NCBI GenBank assembly: GCA_964016885.1
Contig: OZ024741.1
Location: 24,490,001-24,554,000 of the forward strand
From: Eledone cirrhosa
Lineage: Eukaryota
Reading direction: 5' to 3'
DNA length: 64,000 nucleotides
The notes beneath the pieces were generated by a model that saw only the letters and a program-made list of their open reading frames with translations, had not been told where the DNA came from and did not search any database. Made by a program: the position numbers and the translations under genes. This document shows positions 43,035 to 53,479 of the stretch, in pieces; the first letter of the stretch is position 1; each line of letters opens with the position of its first letter.

Positions 43035-43790
43035 AGCAAAGGTTGGACAGGTCATTTCCAACAAAGACTCTATGTGTCTTCCTTCATTGTCTCCTCCTCC
43101 GTGAGGTTAAGCATCTTGAGATCAGCTCTCACCACCCATGTCTTGGTCTTCTACAGTAGCTTGCTTCCACTGGCGTCTCCTGACACTTCTCCACCCAGTG
43201 GTCATCATCTATACACATGACATGTCCATACCAGTGCAGTCTTCTCCATTAGTTATTATATCTCTGGCAGTATCGGTAGAGGGTTGGACGCCATGCTTTC
43301 TAGCATAGTTACGTCCCTTTACAGTCTGAGTTTAAATCCCGCCAAGGTTAACTTTGCCTTTCATCCTTACGGGGTCGATAAAATAAAGTACCAGTAATGT
43401 ACTGGGTAATTGCTCGCCTTGTGCCTAAAGTAGAAACAATTATATCTCATTCCTTTCATCTAAAGTCTTTCTCTCAGTTCATCCATTCTTCACCATTCAA
43501 GCAAGTTAACATCCCACATTCATTGAAGAAATCTTAGTTTCACATCTCTCCAGGTTTCACATATTTTCTACATTCACTGCCATATCTCACTACTTCCCCT
43601 CCGTTCTTATTCTAGCTACTATACTTTCAGAGCAACCTCCTCCCCTAGGTCCCAAAAATTATCAACTATTCCTATGGAACCTTCCTGGGATTGGAAAAAG
43701 TATATTTCATTAGGGCTCTTACAACCTGTGCATCTACCACATACAAAGTCTACTTTATCTGGCTCATATCTTCTGTATTTAAAACTAGAA
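43035..43790 (-). mobile_element. Degenerate RTE LINE 3' fragment interrupted by a SINE
   Basis: Reverse complement has AGACTGCACTGGTATGGACATGTCATG (RLHWYGHVM) and ATAGTTGATAATTTT..GGACCTAGG remnants. Confidence 0.7.
43265..43438 (+). mobile_element. tRNA-derived SINE with a conserved central domain (Meta/MESC-like from memory) and a 10-bp TSD
   Basis: TGGCAGTATCGGTAGA A-box, GAGTTTAAATCC B-box, core CTTTGCCTTTCATCCTTACGGGGTCGATAAAATAAAGTACCAG; flanked by ATTATATCTC at 43255-43264 and 43439-43448. Confidence 0.85.
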
Positions 43791-44089
43791 CTATGTCCGG
43801 CTCATATGTCCTGTATTTTGGCATGGTTTCTGTGGTTGGATGTACTTCTTAATGACAACCACTTTACAGAGTATATTGTGTGCATTTTATCATGGCACCA
43901 GCACTAGAGAGGTTGTCATATACTTCATAAGACTGGGGAGTCTTCATAACCCTGTATTGTCTCTTTTCAATTGCCAACCACTTTATAGGAGGTACTGTTT
44001 GTATTTCATAATGGCACCAACAGGAGAGTGGTTGTCTCATCCTTTGTAGGTTAAAAAGGACTCCATGCAGTCTCCAGTATTTTACTACA

Positions 44090-44412
44090 TTTAGTTTTAA
44101 CATTTCAGTGTTTGTACTTATGAGTGAGTCTTTTCTAGCCCAGAGCATCAACAGTCAACATAAGCCTGTGTCACCACTTTCATCAGGTTCAGTTTCTTGA
44201 GGTCATTTTTCACAACTTCCTCTTATGTCTTTCTTGGCTTCCTTCTACAGGTTCCATCTACTTCAAGAGCTCAGCACTTTATACAACTCTCTTCCTTCTT
44301 ATACATTACATGACCATACCAGTGCAATCTTCTCTCTTGCACACCATATTTAATTTCTCTTATACTCAGTTCATTTGATCTCCATCATTTATACATGTAA
44401 CATTACACATCT
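44090..44412 (-). mobile_element. Degenerate RTE LINE 3' fragment
   Basis: Reverse complement encodes QERRLHWYGHVM-like and KPRKT-like remnants. Confidence 0.7.
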
Positions 44413-44440
44413 AAGATATATATATATATATATATATATG

Positions 44441-45024
44441 TAAAAGGTAAACAGAAATAACAACACAATCGGTACAGTATATGGAAAGTATATATTAGGT
44501 TAACGCTTGATATAGCAGGAAGAGGGTCTTAACGTTTCGGACACTAGTCCTTCATCAGAAGAAAGAATGAGAAATAAAATAGATTAAGGAGATGGGCGGG
44601 ATGGAATTGGAAAAAATGTCTTTAGATAAAAATAATAGGTCCATTCATGTTGACATCTCTTGCAAAACTGTTGGTGCTGGCGTTTTGTGCATGATTTGTT
44701 TTTTTAGAAAAGTGGATGATGGCACGCGTCTACCTGAAACGGAAAATAAAAATGTTTTGTAAAAAGAGCTATACTTCAGCACGTGTGTAAGCATGAGTGT
44801 GTGTGTGTATGTTATTATAGGTCCGTACGAAGCTAAGAAGAGATATGTGTGTATATGTGAGTAAAAGAGTGCGTGTGCATGTAAGTACAAAGCTAATAGC
44901 AAAGAGAAAGTGATAGAAATCTAGGGGTGTGATAATGGATGGGGTATTAGAGAAATTGGGGAGGTGAGTTGAGCCCAAGAGGGGGATAGGACCCAAGACG
45001 GTGAATCAGACTTTGTTTAGTCCT
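44441..45024 (-). mobile_element. Penelope-like element 3' end: GIY-YIG C-terminus plus terminal region with a hammerhead
   Basis: 45024-44947 translates RTKQSLIHRLGSYPPLGLNSPPQFL*, matching the PLE endonuclease C-terminal pattern (E)xxxIxxLxxxxPxGLN; a minimal hammerhead lies downstream on the same strand; both ends abut TA tracts. Confidence 0.75.
44527..44562 (-). ncRNA. Minimal type I hammerhead ribozyme
   Basis: Minus strand reads UCUU-CUGAUGA-A-GGAC(UAGU)GUCC-GAAAC-GUU^AAGA: intact core, 4-bp stem II, stem I UCUU/AAGA, loopless palindromic stem III (ACGU). Confidence 0.8.
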
Positions 45025-45177
45025 ATATACATATGTATATAAAAAGCACCAAGTCCAGAATATAAAGGAATAGTTCAAGGGCCACAAAATAAAAGCATTG
45101 AGAAATGTGAAAATATAGTAAAATAATCACCATCATCAACATCCTCATTTTACGTCTGTTGCTCCATGTTTAGATTT

Positions 45178-45648
45178 TATGACGCCCTCCTCCATCCCAT
45201 ACTTGCATAAATTCCATGATAAAAATGCACCCAATCCACTCCATCAATTGGTAGTGCTGGTATCACAATAAAAAGCACCAAGTCCAGAATATAAGGTAAT
45301 AGTGCAAGGGTCACAAAATAAAAGAACCCCATCCACTCTGTAAGGTGGTCAATCTGGTGCCACAACAAAAAGCATTGAGAAATGTGAAAATATAGTAAAA
45401 TAATCACCATCATCATCATCCTCATTTTACGTCTGTTGCTCCATGTTTAGATGGGTTGAATGTGTCTTTTTCAACACAGCATCTCTCCACTCAACACACT
45501 CTTTCACCATCTCAGTGAGCTTCAGTGATTAAAGATCAGCTCTCACCACCTCCACCCAAGTCTTCCTTAGTCTGCCTCTACTATGGCTTTCCTCCATTGG
45601 GATTTCATAGCATTTCTTCACTCATCGATCATCATCCATGTGCAGCAC
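45178..45648 (-). repeat. Inverted duplicate of 42486-42956 (about 470-bp arms, 2.2-kb spacer), with an extra deleted partial copy at 45038-45175
   Basis: Base-by-base reverse-complement match; ORF-track peptides 42709(+) and 45425(-) are identical over 82 aa. Confidence 0.95.
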
Positions 45649-45822
45649 TCACTGTAAATGAACTTGGTGTTAGGAAGGGCATCCAGCTGTAGAAATCAAG
45701 CCAGAACCAGTTCCCGTATGGGCAAGACAAAGTCACCCGACCTAACATCTCCCACAACAGGACAACCCGTCTAACCCATGCTAGCATGGAAGAACCAGTT
45801 GTAAAACGGTAATGATAATGAT
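45643..45822 (+). mobile_element. 3' half of an RTE-tailed SINE
   Basis: CAGCACTCACTGTAAATG..TAGGAAGGGCATCCAGCTGTAGAAATCAAGCCAGAA matches 61222-61290; tail matches the reverse complement of ~55000-55060. Confidence 0.8.
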
Positions 45823-45827
45823 AATTA

Positions 45828-46553
45828 TATATATATATAAAAAGTTGGAGTTCCTGTCTGTTTGTTTGTTCACAAACTCCTCCTATGGTTTTGGAGATAG
45901 ATCCCCATAACCATATATATTCTGAAACTACATTGCCCAGGGTACTTGGATAAGTATATTTCATTTTAGTCAAAGGGTTCCCCAGGGGCACAAACCTCCG
46001 CTGAAAAACCCCCGCTGAAAAGTTTTCCCTTCGATTTATATAAAATTTAAACCATAGGTAAATAACAAAAAATGATGTCTATTCACAAAATTTGAGCAAA
46101 TTTCAATAATATTAAGACACCCTAATGGGGGTTAAACCCCTATATATTCTGAAACTACATTGCCCAGGGTAATTGAATAAGTATATTTCATGTTAATCAA
46201 AGGGTTCCCCGGGCGCACAAACCCCCATTAAAAATTTTTTCCCTTTGATTTATATGAAATGTAAGCCATAGGTAAATGACAAGATATGATGCCTATTCAC
46301 AAAAGTTTTGAATTGATATTTTGAAAAAAATTATTTACAAGAAACAAAATAAGAATAAGATTTAATAATGTAATTTTGATTTGATATATCACAAAAAATA
46401 ATGTTTTCCAATTTTTCATGCATTACATTTTACATTGAGTAATATTGAAATGCAGAGTTTTTCTCCATAAATTATATCACTGATTCAAAATCAATCATTT
46501 TCTTACAAAAAAAAAATGTGTGAAACGCAGTAAGGCGTGGGTAATTCGGCTAG
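45828..46553 (+). mobile_element. Non-autonomous Helitron-like element with an internal direct repeat (offset 227 bp)
   Basis: 5' (TA)nAAAA followed by GTCTGTTTGTTTGT; 3' hairpin ACGC-AGTAAG-GCGT (46525-46538) then CTAG|T at 46550-46554; 45914-46090 repeats at 46141-46304. Confidence 0.7.
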
Positions 46554-46585
46554 TATATATATATGTGTATATATAGATATATACG

Positions 46586-46643
<58 letters not shown>

Positions 46644-46646
<3 letters not shown>

Positions 46647-47924
46647 GGTGCGGACGATATTTGTTCACCAGATTACTGTCTAGGAAAAATAACACAGTAG
46701 TTTTATTTTTAAGATATATTTATCAAACTTGGGTCAGTTTGTCTTCATGACTTGTTCTTTCGATCTCACTCGATAAACCCGCCATTGGCTTTGATGACGG
46801 CCTCAAGGTGGCCTCGGAACCGGCTACAGGCCTTCATCACTGTCCCCTGACTTAGGCCCCTAAAGGCACTTGTGATCTTGGCCTTCAGATCGTCTTTCGT
46901 ATTGCAGCTAGATCTGTTGGTGTCTCGTTCCACTGCACCCCACACAAAGAAGTCGAGGGGGTTGCAGTCAGGCGAGCTGGGAGGCCAGATGTCAGGTGAA
47001 GTGTGGTCGACGAAGTTCTCTGACAGCCAGGCTTGGGTCTTTCGGCTGGTATGGCAGGGCGCTGAGTCTTGCTTCCACACGTACAGCCTACCTGCAGCTA
47101 CCTGGTCGATCCAGGGCTTTACTACCTCACTGAGAACGTGGATGGAGCCATCAGTGTTCAGCTTGAGGCCCTCAGGGAAGAAGTGAGGTGGCATGACGTC
47201 ACCTTGACTGCTGATGACACCTAAGACCAATGTTGTCGCTGGAAACTTTGTCTGCATGACTCTGGGCACGTCTTTGGATGAGACAGCAAGCCACCTGTTG
47301 TTCTGGGAGTTGATCTTCTGGCCTTGGCAGAAGTTTTTCTCGTTGGAGAAAAACCACAGCATGTCTGGCTCCAGTGGGTGTTTCAACTTGTTGATCAGCT
47401 TCTTTGCGTGCTTCAGTCGCTTTTCTTGCATCGCCTTTGACAGAAATTGTCCTTTCCTCATCTTGTATGAAACGTAGCGAATGTCTTCAAGTACCACCAG
47501 CCTAATGAGCTTTTCATCCACGCCTTTCTCCCAGAACAACAGGTTCATTGTTGATGATATCCTGAACTTCAGCGACGAACTCGGGCGTTCTGAGGGAGTC
47601 AGATCGTCGATCATGTGTTTTCCTCTCTGATGTTGCTTCGTAGTCGAATCCTGAATCTTCCAATTTCTTTCTGACCTTTTCCACCATTTTCCTGCTGACG
47701 CTGAGAAAATCTGAAATTTCCTTATTTGTCCTCCTGGCGCGGATTCCAAGAAGAACTCCGTGTCTCTTCCACAAATTTGGAGGTTCAAAATTATTCATAA
47801 TCAATTATTCTGAAAATAAATAATGGAAATATAGTCACTGTTAGACAAGAGTGACAACGGACGTAAAAACAATTTGCATAAAATTAGCAGTTGAAAATTG
47901 CGAACAAATATCGTCCAGACCCTG
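46644..47924 (-). mobile_element. Tc1/mariner superfamily DD37D (maT) transposon, near full length (1281 bp), inserted in (TA)n
   Basis: TIRs CAGGGTGCGGACGATATTTGTTC and GAACAAATATCGTCCAGACCCTG with TA on both sides; transposase inside. Confidence 0.95.
46766..47798 (-). pseudogene. maT/DD37D transposase pseudogene
   Basis: N-terminal HTH-like frame (ATG at 47798) and catalytic frame are separated by a frameshift near 47520-47560. Motifs: FFSNEK (first catalytic D changed to N), QDSAPCH, WPPSSPDCNPLDF, with 37 residues between the second and third D. Confidence 0.92.
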
Positions 47925-48117
47925 TATATATATATATATATATAATAAAAAGTTACAGTATCGTAAATGAGAATAGAAAGAGGAGGTATAAAGAGATGCG
48001 ATACAGAGTGTTATTTGCCAAAAGCGGGTGCATAGGTGCTCAATGCTTGTGTACTCAGGGTTAAAATATGTCTCTACCCATACAGGGTACTTTATTAAAT
48101 ACTTTGCTTTTATTATT

Positions 48118-48157
48118 GCCTTGGAAGAGCCCCACTGGGTGAAACATATGTAAGAGC
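48118..48157 (+). ncRNA. Degenerate hammerhead-like motif
   Basis: UGGAAGA (core mutated)-GCCC(CACU)GGGU-GAAAC-AUAU-GUA with palindromic stem III ACAUAUGU. Confidence 0.4.
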
Positions 48158-48209
48158 TTTTTATGAATGTGATTTAACGGCTTGCCTCTCTTTCATTAAT
48201 ATTTTCGCT

Positions 48210-48241
<32 letters not shown>

Positions 48242-48257
48242 TATGTAAAGTGAATAT

Positions 48258-48299
48258 GCTTTGCTGAGGAGATCTAATAAGATCAAAACATGTCTTAGC
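48258..48299 (+). ncRNA. Degenerate hammerhead-like motif (G12 to A)
   Basis: CUGAGGA-GAUCU(AAUA)AGAUC-AAAAC-AU-GUC: perfect 5-bp stem II, palindromic stem III ACAUGU, GUC triplet; stem I is poor. Confidence 0.55.
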
Positions 48300-48595
48300 C
48301 AAGGCTATAGGAGTTATCTCCCTTGTTTTCAATAACCTGAATCCACCACCTTCCCCCCAAAGGAAGTTTCAGTCTTGAAATTGCAAGGATAGTTTCAGTT
48401 GATTAGAGTTTTTTTTTATCCCCAGTCAGCAAGACAACATACAATACTACACTCTACCAAGTTAATTTTATTGTGGTATCAACAGTAGAGAAGTTGTCTT
48501 GTCTTCGGCAAAGCTGAAGATTTTTCCTGAAGTTTTCTACAGCTGGATTCCCTTTCTATCACCAACCACCTTTTCTCCCTCTCTCCCTCTCCCTA

Positions 48596-48687
<92 letters not shown>

Positions 48688-48835
48688 GTCCATTCATGTT
48701 GACATCTCTTGGAAAACTGTTGATGTTGGCGTTTTGTGTACAATATATTTTTTAGAAAAGTGGATGATGGAGCACGTCTACCTGTTGTATTGAGTTCTCT
48801 TTGGACTTGGTTTCCTGAAACTTTGAATCAACCCT

Positions 48836-48966
48836 GTGTGTGTATATATGTATTTGTTTGTGTGTGTGTATATGTATGTGTGTATATATGTGTGTGCGTA
48901 TGTGTCTGTGTCTGTGTGTGTATATATGTGTATGTTTATATGTGTGTGTGTGTTTGTATTTATGTG
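48836..48966. repeat. Compound (TG/TA)n microsatellite
   Basis: Direct reading. Confidence 0.95.
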
Positions 48967-49194
48967 TCAGTGTTGCTTCCAGACTGAGTCCAGCAGTGGA
49001 AATAAGTGAAATATTTAATATGTAATGTTCACAGCTGTATATTTAAAAGTGGTTTTATTTGATAGATTTATTGACGTAATCTACCACATGGTTAGTCTTC
49101 CTTGTTTTGGGGTCATAAAATATTGATTTATAACATAGGCATAAGACAGTACATTTTAGAGGTGGAGGAGGGAGGGGTGGTTGAGGTGGGGGAG

Positions 49195-49355
49195 GAATAG
49201 TTGATTATATAAACCTTTGGTACCTTTTTGACTCCAGAAGCCTGAAATGTAAAATGACTCAACAGAGTTTGAACTCAGAATAGAAAAAGATATAACTAAA
49301 TACTACAAAAGATTTTGTGTGATGCTCTACTGATTCTCACAATCCACTGTCCTTA
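49195..49355 (-). mobile_element. Highly degenerate SINE, family of 43265-43438
   Basis: GAGTTTGAACTCAGAA (B-box, reversed) and GGTACCTTTTTGACTCCAGAAG core remnant. Confidence 0.5.
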
Positions 49356-49440
49356 AAATATTACACATATTACTAAGCAATAAATGACTTATTTAAAGTG
49401 CAGACTCATCCTAAACTTGGGAAGGTGTACCATACATATA

Positions 49441-50466
49441 CGAGGGGGCACTGAAAAGTTCCTGGCTTTGGGTAAAAGAAAATACAGGAAAATCAGTTAA
49501 AAGAAAATACATGGGGATCAGTTAAAATACTGGAGGATCAGTTAAAATACTGGAGGATCAGTTAAAATACAGGAGGATCAGTTAAAATACTGGATGATCA
49601 GTTAAAATACAGGAGGATCAGTTAAAATACAGGAGGATCAGTTAAAATACAGGAGGATCAGTTAAAATACTGGAGGATCAGTTAAAATACAGGAGGATCA
49701 GTTAAAATACTGGATGATCAGTTAAAATACAGGAGGATAAGTTAAAATACAGGAGGATCAGTTAAAATTCAGGAGGATCAGTTAAAATACTGGAGGATCA
49801 GTTAAAATACTGGAGGATCAGTTAAAATACTGGAGGATCAGTTAAAATACAGGAGGATCAGTTAAAATACTGGAGGATCAGTTAAAATACAGGAGGATCA
49901 GTTAAAATACTGGATGATCAGTTAAAATTCAGGAGGATCAGTTAAAATACTGGAGGATCAGTTAAAATACTGGAGGATCAGTTAAAATACTGGAGGATCA
50001 GTTAAAATACAGGAGGATCAGTTAAAATACTGGAGGATCAGTTAAAATACAGGAGGATCAGTTAAAATACTGGATGATCAGTTAAAATACTGGATGATCA
50101 GTTAAAATACAAGAGGATCAGTTAAAATACTGGATGATCAGTTAAAATACAGGAGGATCAGTTAAAATACAGGAGGATCAGTTAAAATACTGGAGGATCA
50201 GTAAAAAGTAAATACAGGAGGATCAGTTAAAATATGGGGGATCAGTTAAAATACAGGGGGATTAGTTAAAATACTGGAGGGTCAGTTAAAATACAGGTGG
50301 CTCAGTTAAAAGAAAATACAGGAGGATCGGTTAATTATGATTTTATTCAACATATTCCCCTCTTAGATTCACACACTTATTGCTGTGGTCCTACCTCCCC
50401 TGTAAACGTAACAGCTCTACCCTATCATGATACTCTCAAAGCCAGGAACTTTTCAGCACCCTCTCG
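49441..50466. mobile_element. Mariner-type MITE with 30-bp TIRs and TA TSD, expanded by an internal minisatellite
   Basis: TA|CGAGGGGGCACTGAAAAGTTCCTGGCTTTG ... CAAAGCCAGGAACTTTTCAGCACCCTCTCG|TA. Confidence 0.92.
49484..50333 (+). repeat. 20-bp minisatellite GTTAAAATACWGGAKGATCA, about 40 copies
   Basis: 34 in-phase units at 49521-50200 plus degenerate units on both flanks. Confidence 0.98.
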
Positions 50467-51214
50467 TATATGTACATTCCAAGAAATCCTGATTACCCCT
50501 TATACACACTGAAGGTCTCTATTGTTCTACCATCTTTGTCTCTTCTACCACTATTAAGCCAGCTCCTGCTCTAGATAATTCTATGCCAGCACCTAATCTT
50601 CTTTAATAAATCTAGATTTCCTAACCCAGAACCTTCACCTTTATAACGCACTTTCAAGGGAGTTTATACATAGTCACTCAACCTATTAGAAACAACAGTC
50701 AAGTCTCCCTCAAACCACACCTTATTGTCTTTAAAAAGAGAAAAGACACATCAGATAATGTAGTCCTATGTATGATCATGACTGGAATGCCTTTGAACCT
50801 GCTGTATTAATAGTTATTGGAGGTTAAATAATATCAACTCACCCAGACACTACACTAAGCATTTTTGTTAAAATCCTTTGTCCCCCTTTTGTGTATATAT
50901 ATGCCTATTCCTCCTAATCACTAATGTGAAACAGTTGAAACTATGAAATTAACTACATACAGACACCATTGTCCTTACTCAATATTCCTGTGTTATTTAT
51001 AGAACTCACACTAACTCACTACATAGATCTTGGTAAGGTGGTATGTTTGCATTTGCCAATAAGGATACACAAACTGAACCACTTCCACAGACTCTATCTA
51101 AGAAAAATAAAGAACATCAAATATCAAGATAAGTTTCCTGGCAATGGGGTTCTTTTAGGAGTAGACTTACCCAACATTCAACTAAATCTAAAATCTGCCC
51201 CAATCCAGGAGGCA

Positions 51215-51470
51215 ACTTGTCAGGCTGGTGCTTATCCTGGTTTTTTGATGTGAAGTGACTGCAAATATAAGACTTCCTTCTGGACAATTCGCCAGTTCAT
51301 TGCAGAGTTAAACCCACAGCTATTACTGGTACTCATTTTCAGCTGAGTATACTGGAGCAATGTGGAATGAAGTGTTTTGCTCAAGAACACAACACACAAC
51401 TCAGCCCAGGAATCAAACCCACGACATTATGATCATAAGTCCAACACCCTTACCACTAGGCCACGTGTCT
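51215..51470 (-). mobile_element. tRNA-derived SINE
   Basis: Minus strand GTGGCCTAGTGGTAAGG (A box), GGGTTTGATTCCTG (B box), then TGTGTTCTTGAGCAAAACACTT..CTCAGCTG, related to 61018-61145. Confidence 0.8.
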
Positions 51471-51639
51471 CCACTTTATAATGATTCTTTCAACATTCAC
51501 ATCATATTAAATTCTAACTTTATAATGATCAAATTTTAAATATATTAACTGGAACTTAATTGTTATTTATGCTAGTGTGGAAAAATGGACGTTAAATGGT
51601 GATGATTATGAGGTCCCTGAGTTATATTCTAAACAGTTC

Positions 51640-51960
51640 TATTTTCTTACACCAACCAATGTTAAGTTTTCCATCTGTAAAAGAGGATTGTCTTGACTTC
51701 AGCAATAAAAATTCTCTCTTTGATTTCTTTGGAGAGATTATGTCCAGATATATTCCAGGCAAGTCTTCTACACACTTTGATATCTTTCTCTGATCCTGCC
51801 ATGAATGATCTGAGGTATTCGGTCAGAAACTTGCTTAACTTAGGACACTTCAATGGTCTCAAGTGGCTCATGGTCAGAGATATTGTAGACTGTATATTCT
51901 GTCTTCTTAGCACTAGGGTGTATCCCGACTGAAAAATCACTCAGTTTTTACTCTTGACAG
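51640..51960 (-). mobile_element. Degenerate non-LTR retrotransposon (RTE/RTEX-like) post-RT fragment
   Basis: YLRSFMAGSEKDIKVCRRLAW..NLSKEIKERIFIAEVKTILFY resembles the YLGS..EKDI..RxxLAW..LLYGxETW thumb region. Confidence 0.65.
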
Positions 51961-52495
51961 AATAACCAAAGTATAATATAATAATAATAATGAAATTATT
52001 GTGTAAAGTGCTCAGGTGCACTACAACTCGTCAATATAGTACATAGAATAATACACAAATGCCAGGGAAGTACATGTTTGTATGTGTTAGCTGTAGTGTT
52101 GGCGGATCTCGGGAAGCATGGAAGTATCTGTGATTTCATTTGATAGCAATGTCTTGAAGAGTTAGTGTCCCTGAACCAACTCTCTTATATTTCTCTGACG
52201 TAGAATGGAGGTTGTTAAAAGCACCGAAGGGCCGTGTTAAACTGGGAAACAGATCAAGTCTCTCTCGAGAACAGTCCATCTGATGATCTTACGCACAGAT
52301 TTTTTCTATGAAATTCCATTTACAATGTTTTAGTTGACTCAAGGCTTCCATATAAGAAACTTGCTCAACGTTCTGTGATGAATTGAACATGTCACTATTT
52401 AGTTGGAAAATAAACTTATTGAAACAGATATGACTCTGTCCATTAACTCCCCTGCCCCAAGGATTCCTTCATGATCAACCATGACTATTTAGTGG

Positions 52496-52598
52496 CACAC
52501 TATTCTTGGAACAAACCCTTTAATACCCTGTTGTGGGACACTATTGTTGGAACAAACCCTTCAATACCATGTGGGACACTATTGTTGGAACAAACCCC
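52496..52598 (+). repeat. Three-copy short tandem repeat (34-39-bp units)
   Basis: ACACTATT(C/G)TTGGAACAAACCCT occurs three times. Confidence 0.9.
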
Positions 52599-52779
52599 TT
52601 TTCGAGGTCAATGAATACTTAGTATAGCGGCTTATTCTTCACTAGGTACTTCTACAGTTTGCTTTCTAGGAAAATGGCATTGGTGGTGCTTCTCCCTGAC
52701 ACGAAGCCAAACTGCATCTCATTCAGATTAATTCCATCATATATAATTATAAATATATGCACACCCATACAACATACTT

Positions 52780-52932
52780 TCACAGTTTTTATCTACCAAA
52801 TTCTATTCAAAAGGCATTGGTCAACCTAATGCTATGGTAGAAAACACTTCCTGAATATACTGCACAGTGGAATCACACCCAGAAATACATAGTTGCAGTA
52901 CAAACTTCTTAACCACACAGACATGCCTGTAC
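52780..52932 (-). mobile_element. Degenerate tRNA-derived SINE, family of 39238-39430
   Basis: Minus strand begins AGGTACAGGCATGTCTGTGTGGTTAAGAAGTTTG and ends TTTGGTAGATAAAAACTG. Confidence 0.65.
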
Positions 52933-53389
52933 CTTATTGTATGTGCCATTGCAGTGATAGAAGTTTAATAGTGAAATTCAAGAATGAGGTGGGTGTGATA
53001 GTATAAAATGCCAAATAAGAGAGGTGATCATGGGCGGAGCTAAAACTAGTTAATGGGAGGAGCTATTGTAAATTAGTTCATTACAATAGAAAACCCAATT
53101 AAACTAGTATTATATGTATTCACTCTTTAGACTTTACTCATAATTGTTTGATAATAAGTAATTAAGATGCAATTATCTTGTTACAGTAAAATCTCATATT
53201 TGCACAAGGAATGTTTTAATTAGAGTTTATAATAATTACATTAATTAACCATCGTTGATAGTTACTGTAATTTCTTTAATTTTGCTCCTCCTATCAGCTA
53301 TAATCTCCCATTTCCTCAGTATACAACTTCCATCAAGAGAAAAATGTATATAAACTTAAAATTTAGCTTTGGCATAGCTGTATACATAC

Positions 53390-53479
53390 ATGTATGTGAA
53401 TTTCGTATATCTAAAGAAATATGGTATGTTTAATAATAAACATACTGTATATCTTTAGATATACGAAATTCACGTACAT
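53390..53479. repeat. 90-bp near-perfect hairpin (about 43-bp arms, 4-nt loop)
   Basis: TGTATGTGAATTTCGTATATCTAAAGAAATATGGTATGTTTA pairs with TAAACATACTGTATATCTTTAGATATACGAAATTCACGTACA, with 4 non-Watson-Crick positions. Confidence 0.95.

Noticed and set aside
46872-47477. Plus-strand ORFs inside the transposon, and at 56454-57827 inside the LINE
   Set aside because: They are antisense shadows of the transposase and RT reading frames.
49484-50333. 20-bp repeat as a CRISPR array or iteron set
   Set aside because: Contiguous units without spacers, enclosed by MITE TIRs.
52496-52598. Three ~24-bp repeats with short intervening sequence, resembling a mini-CRISPR
   Set aside because: The intervening sequences are related to each other and only 10-15 bp long; this is a simple tandem triplication.
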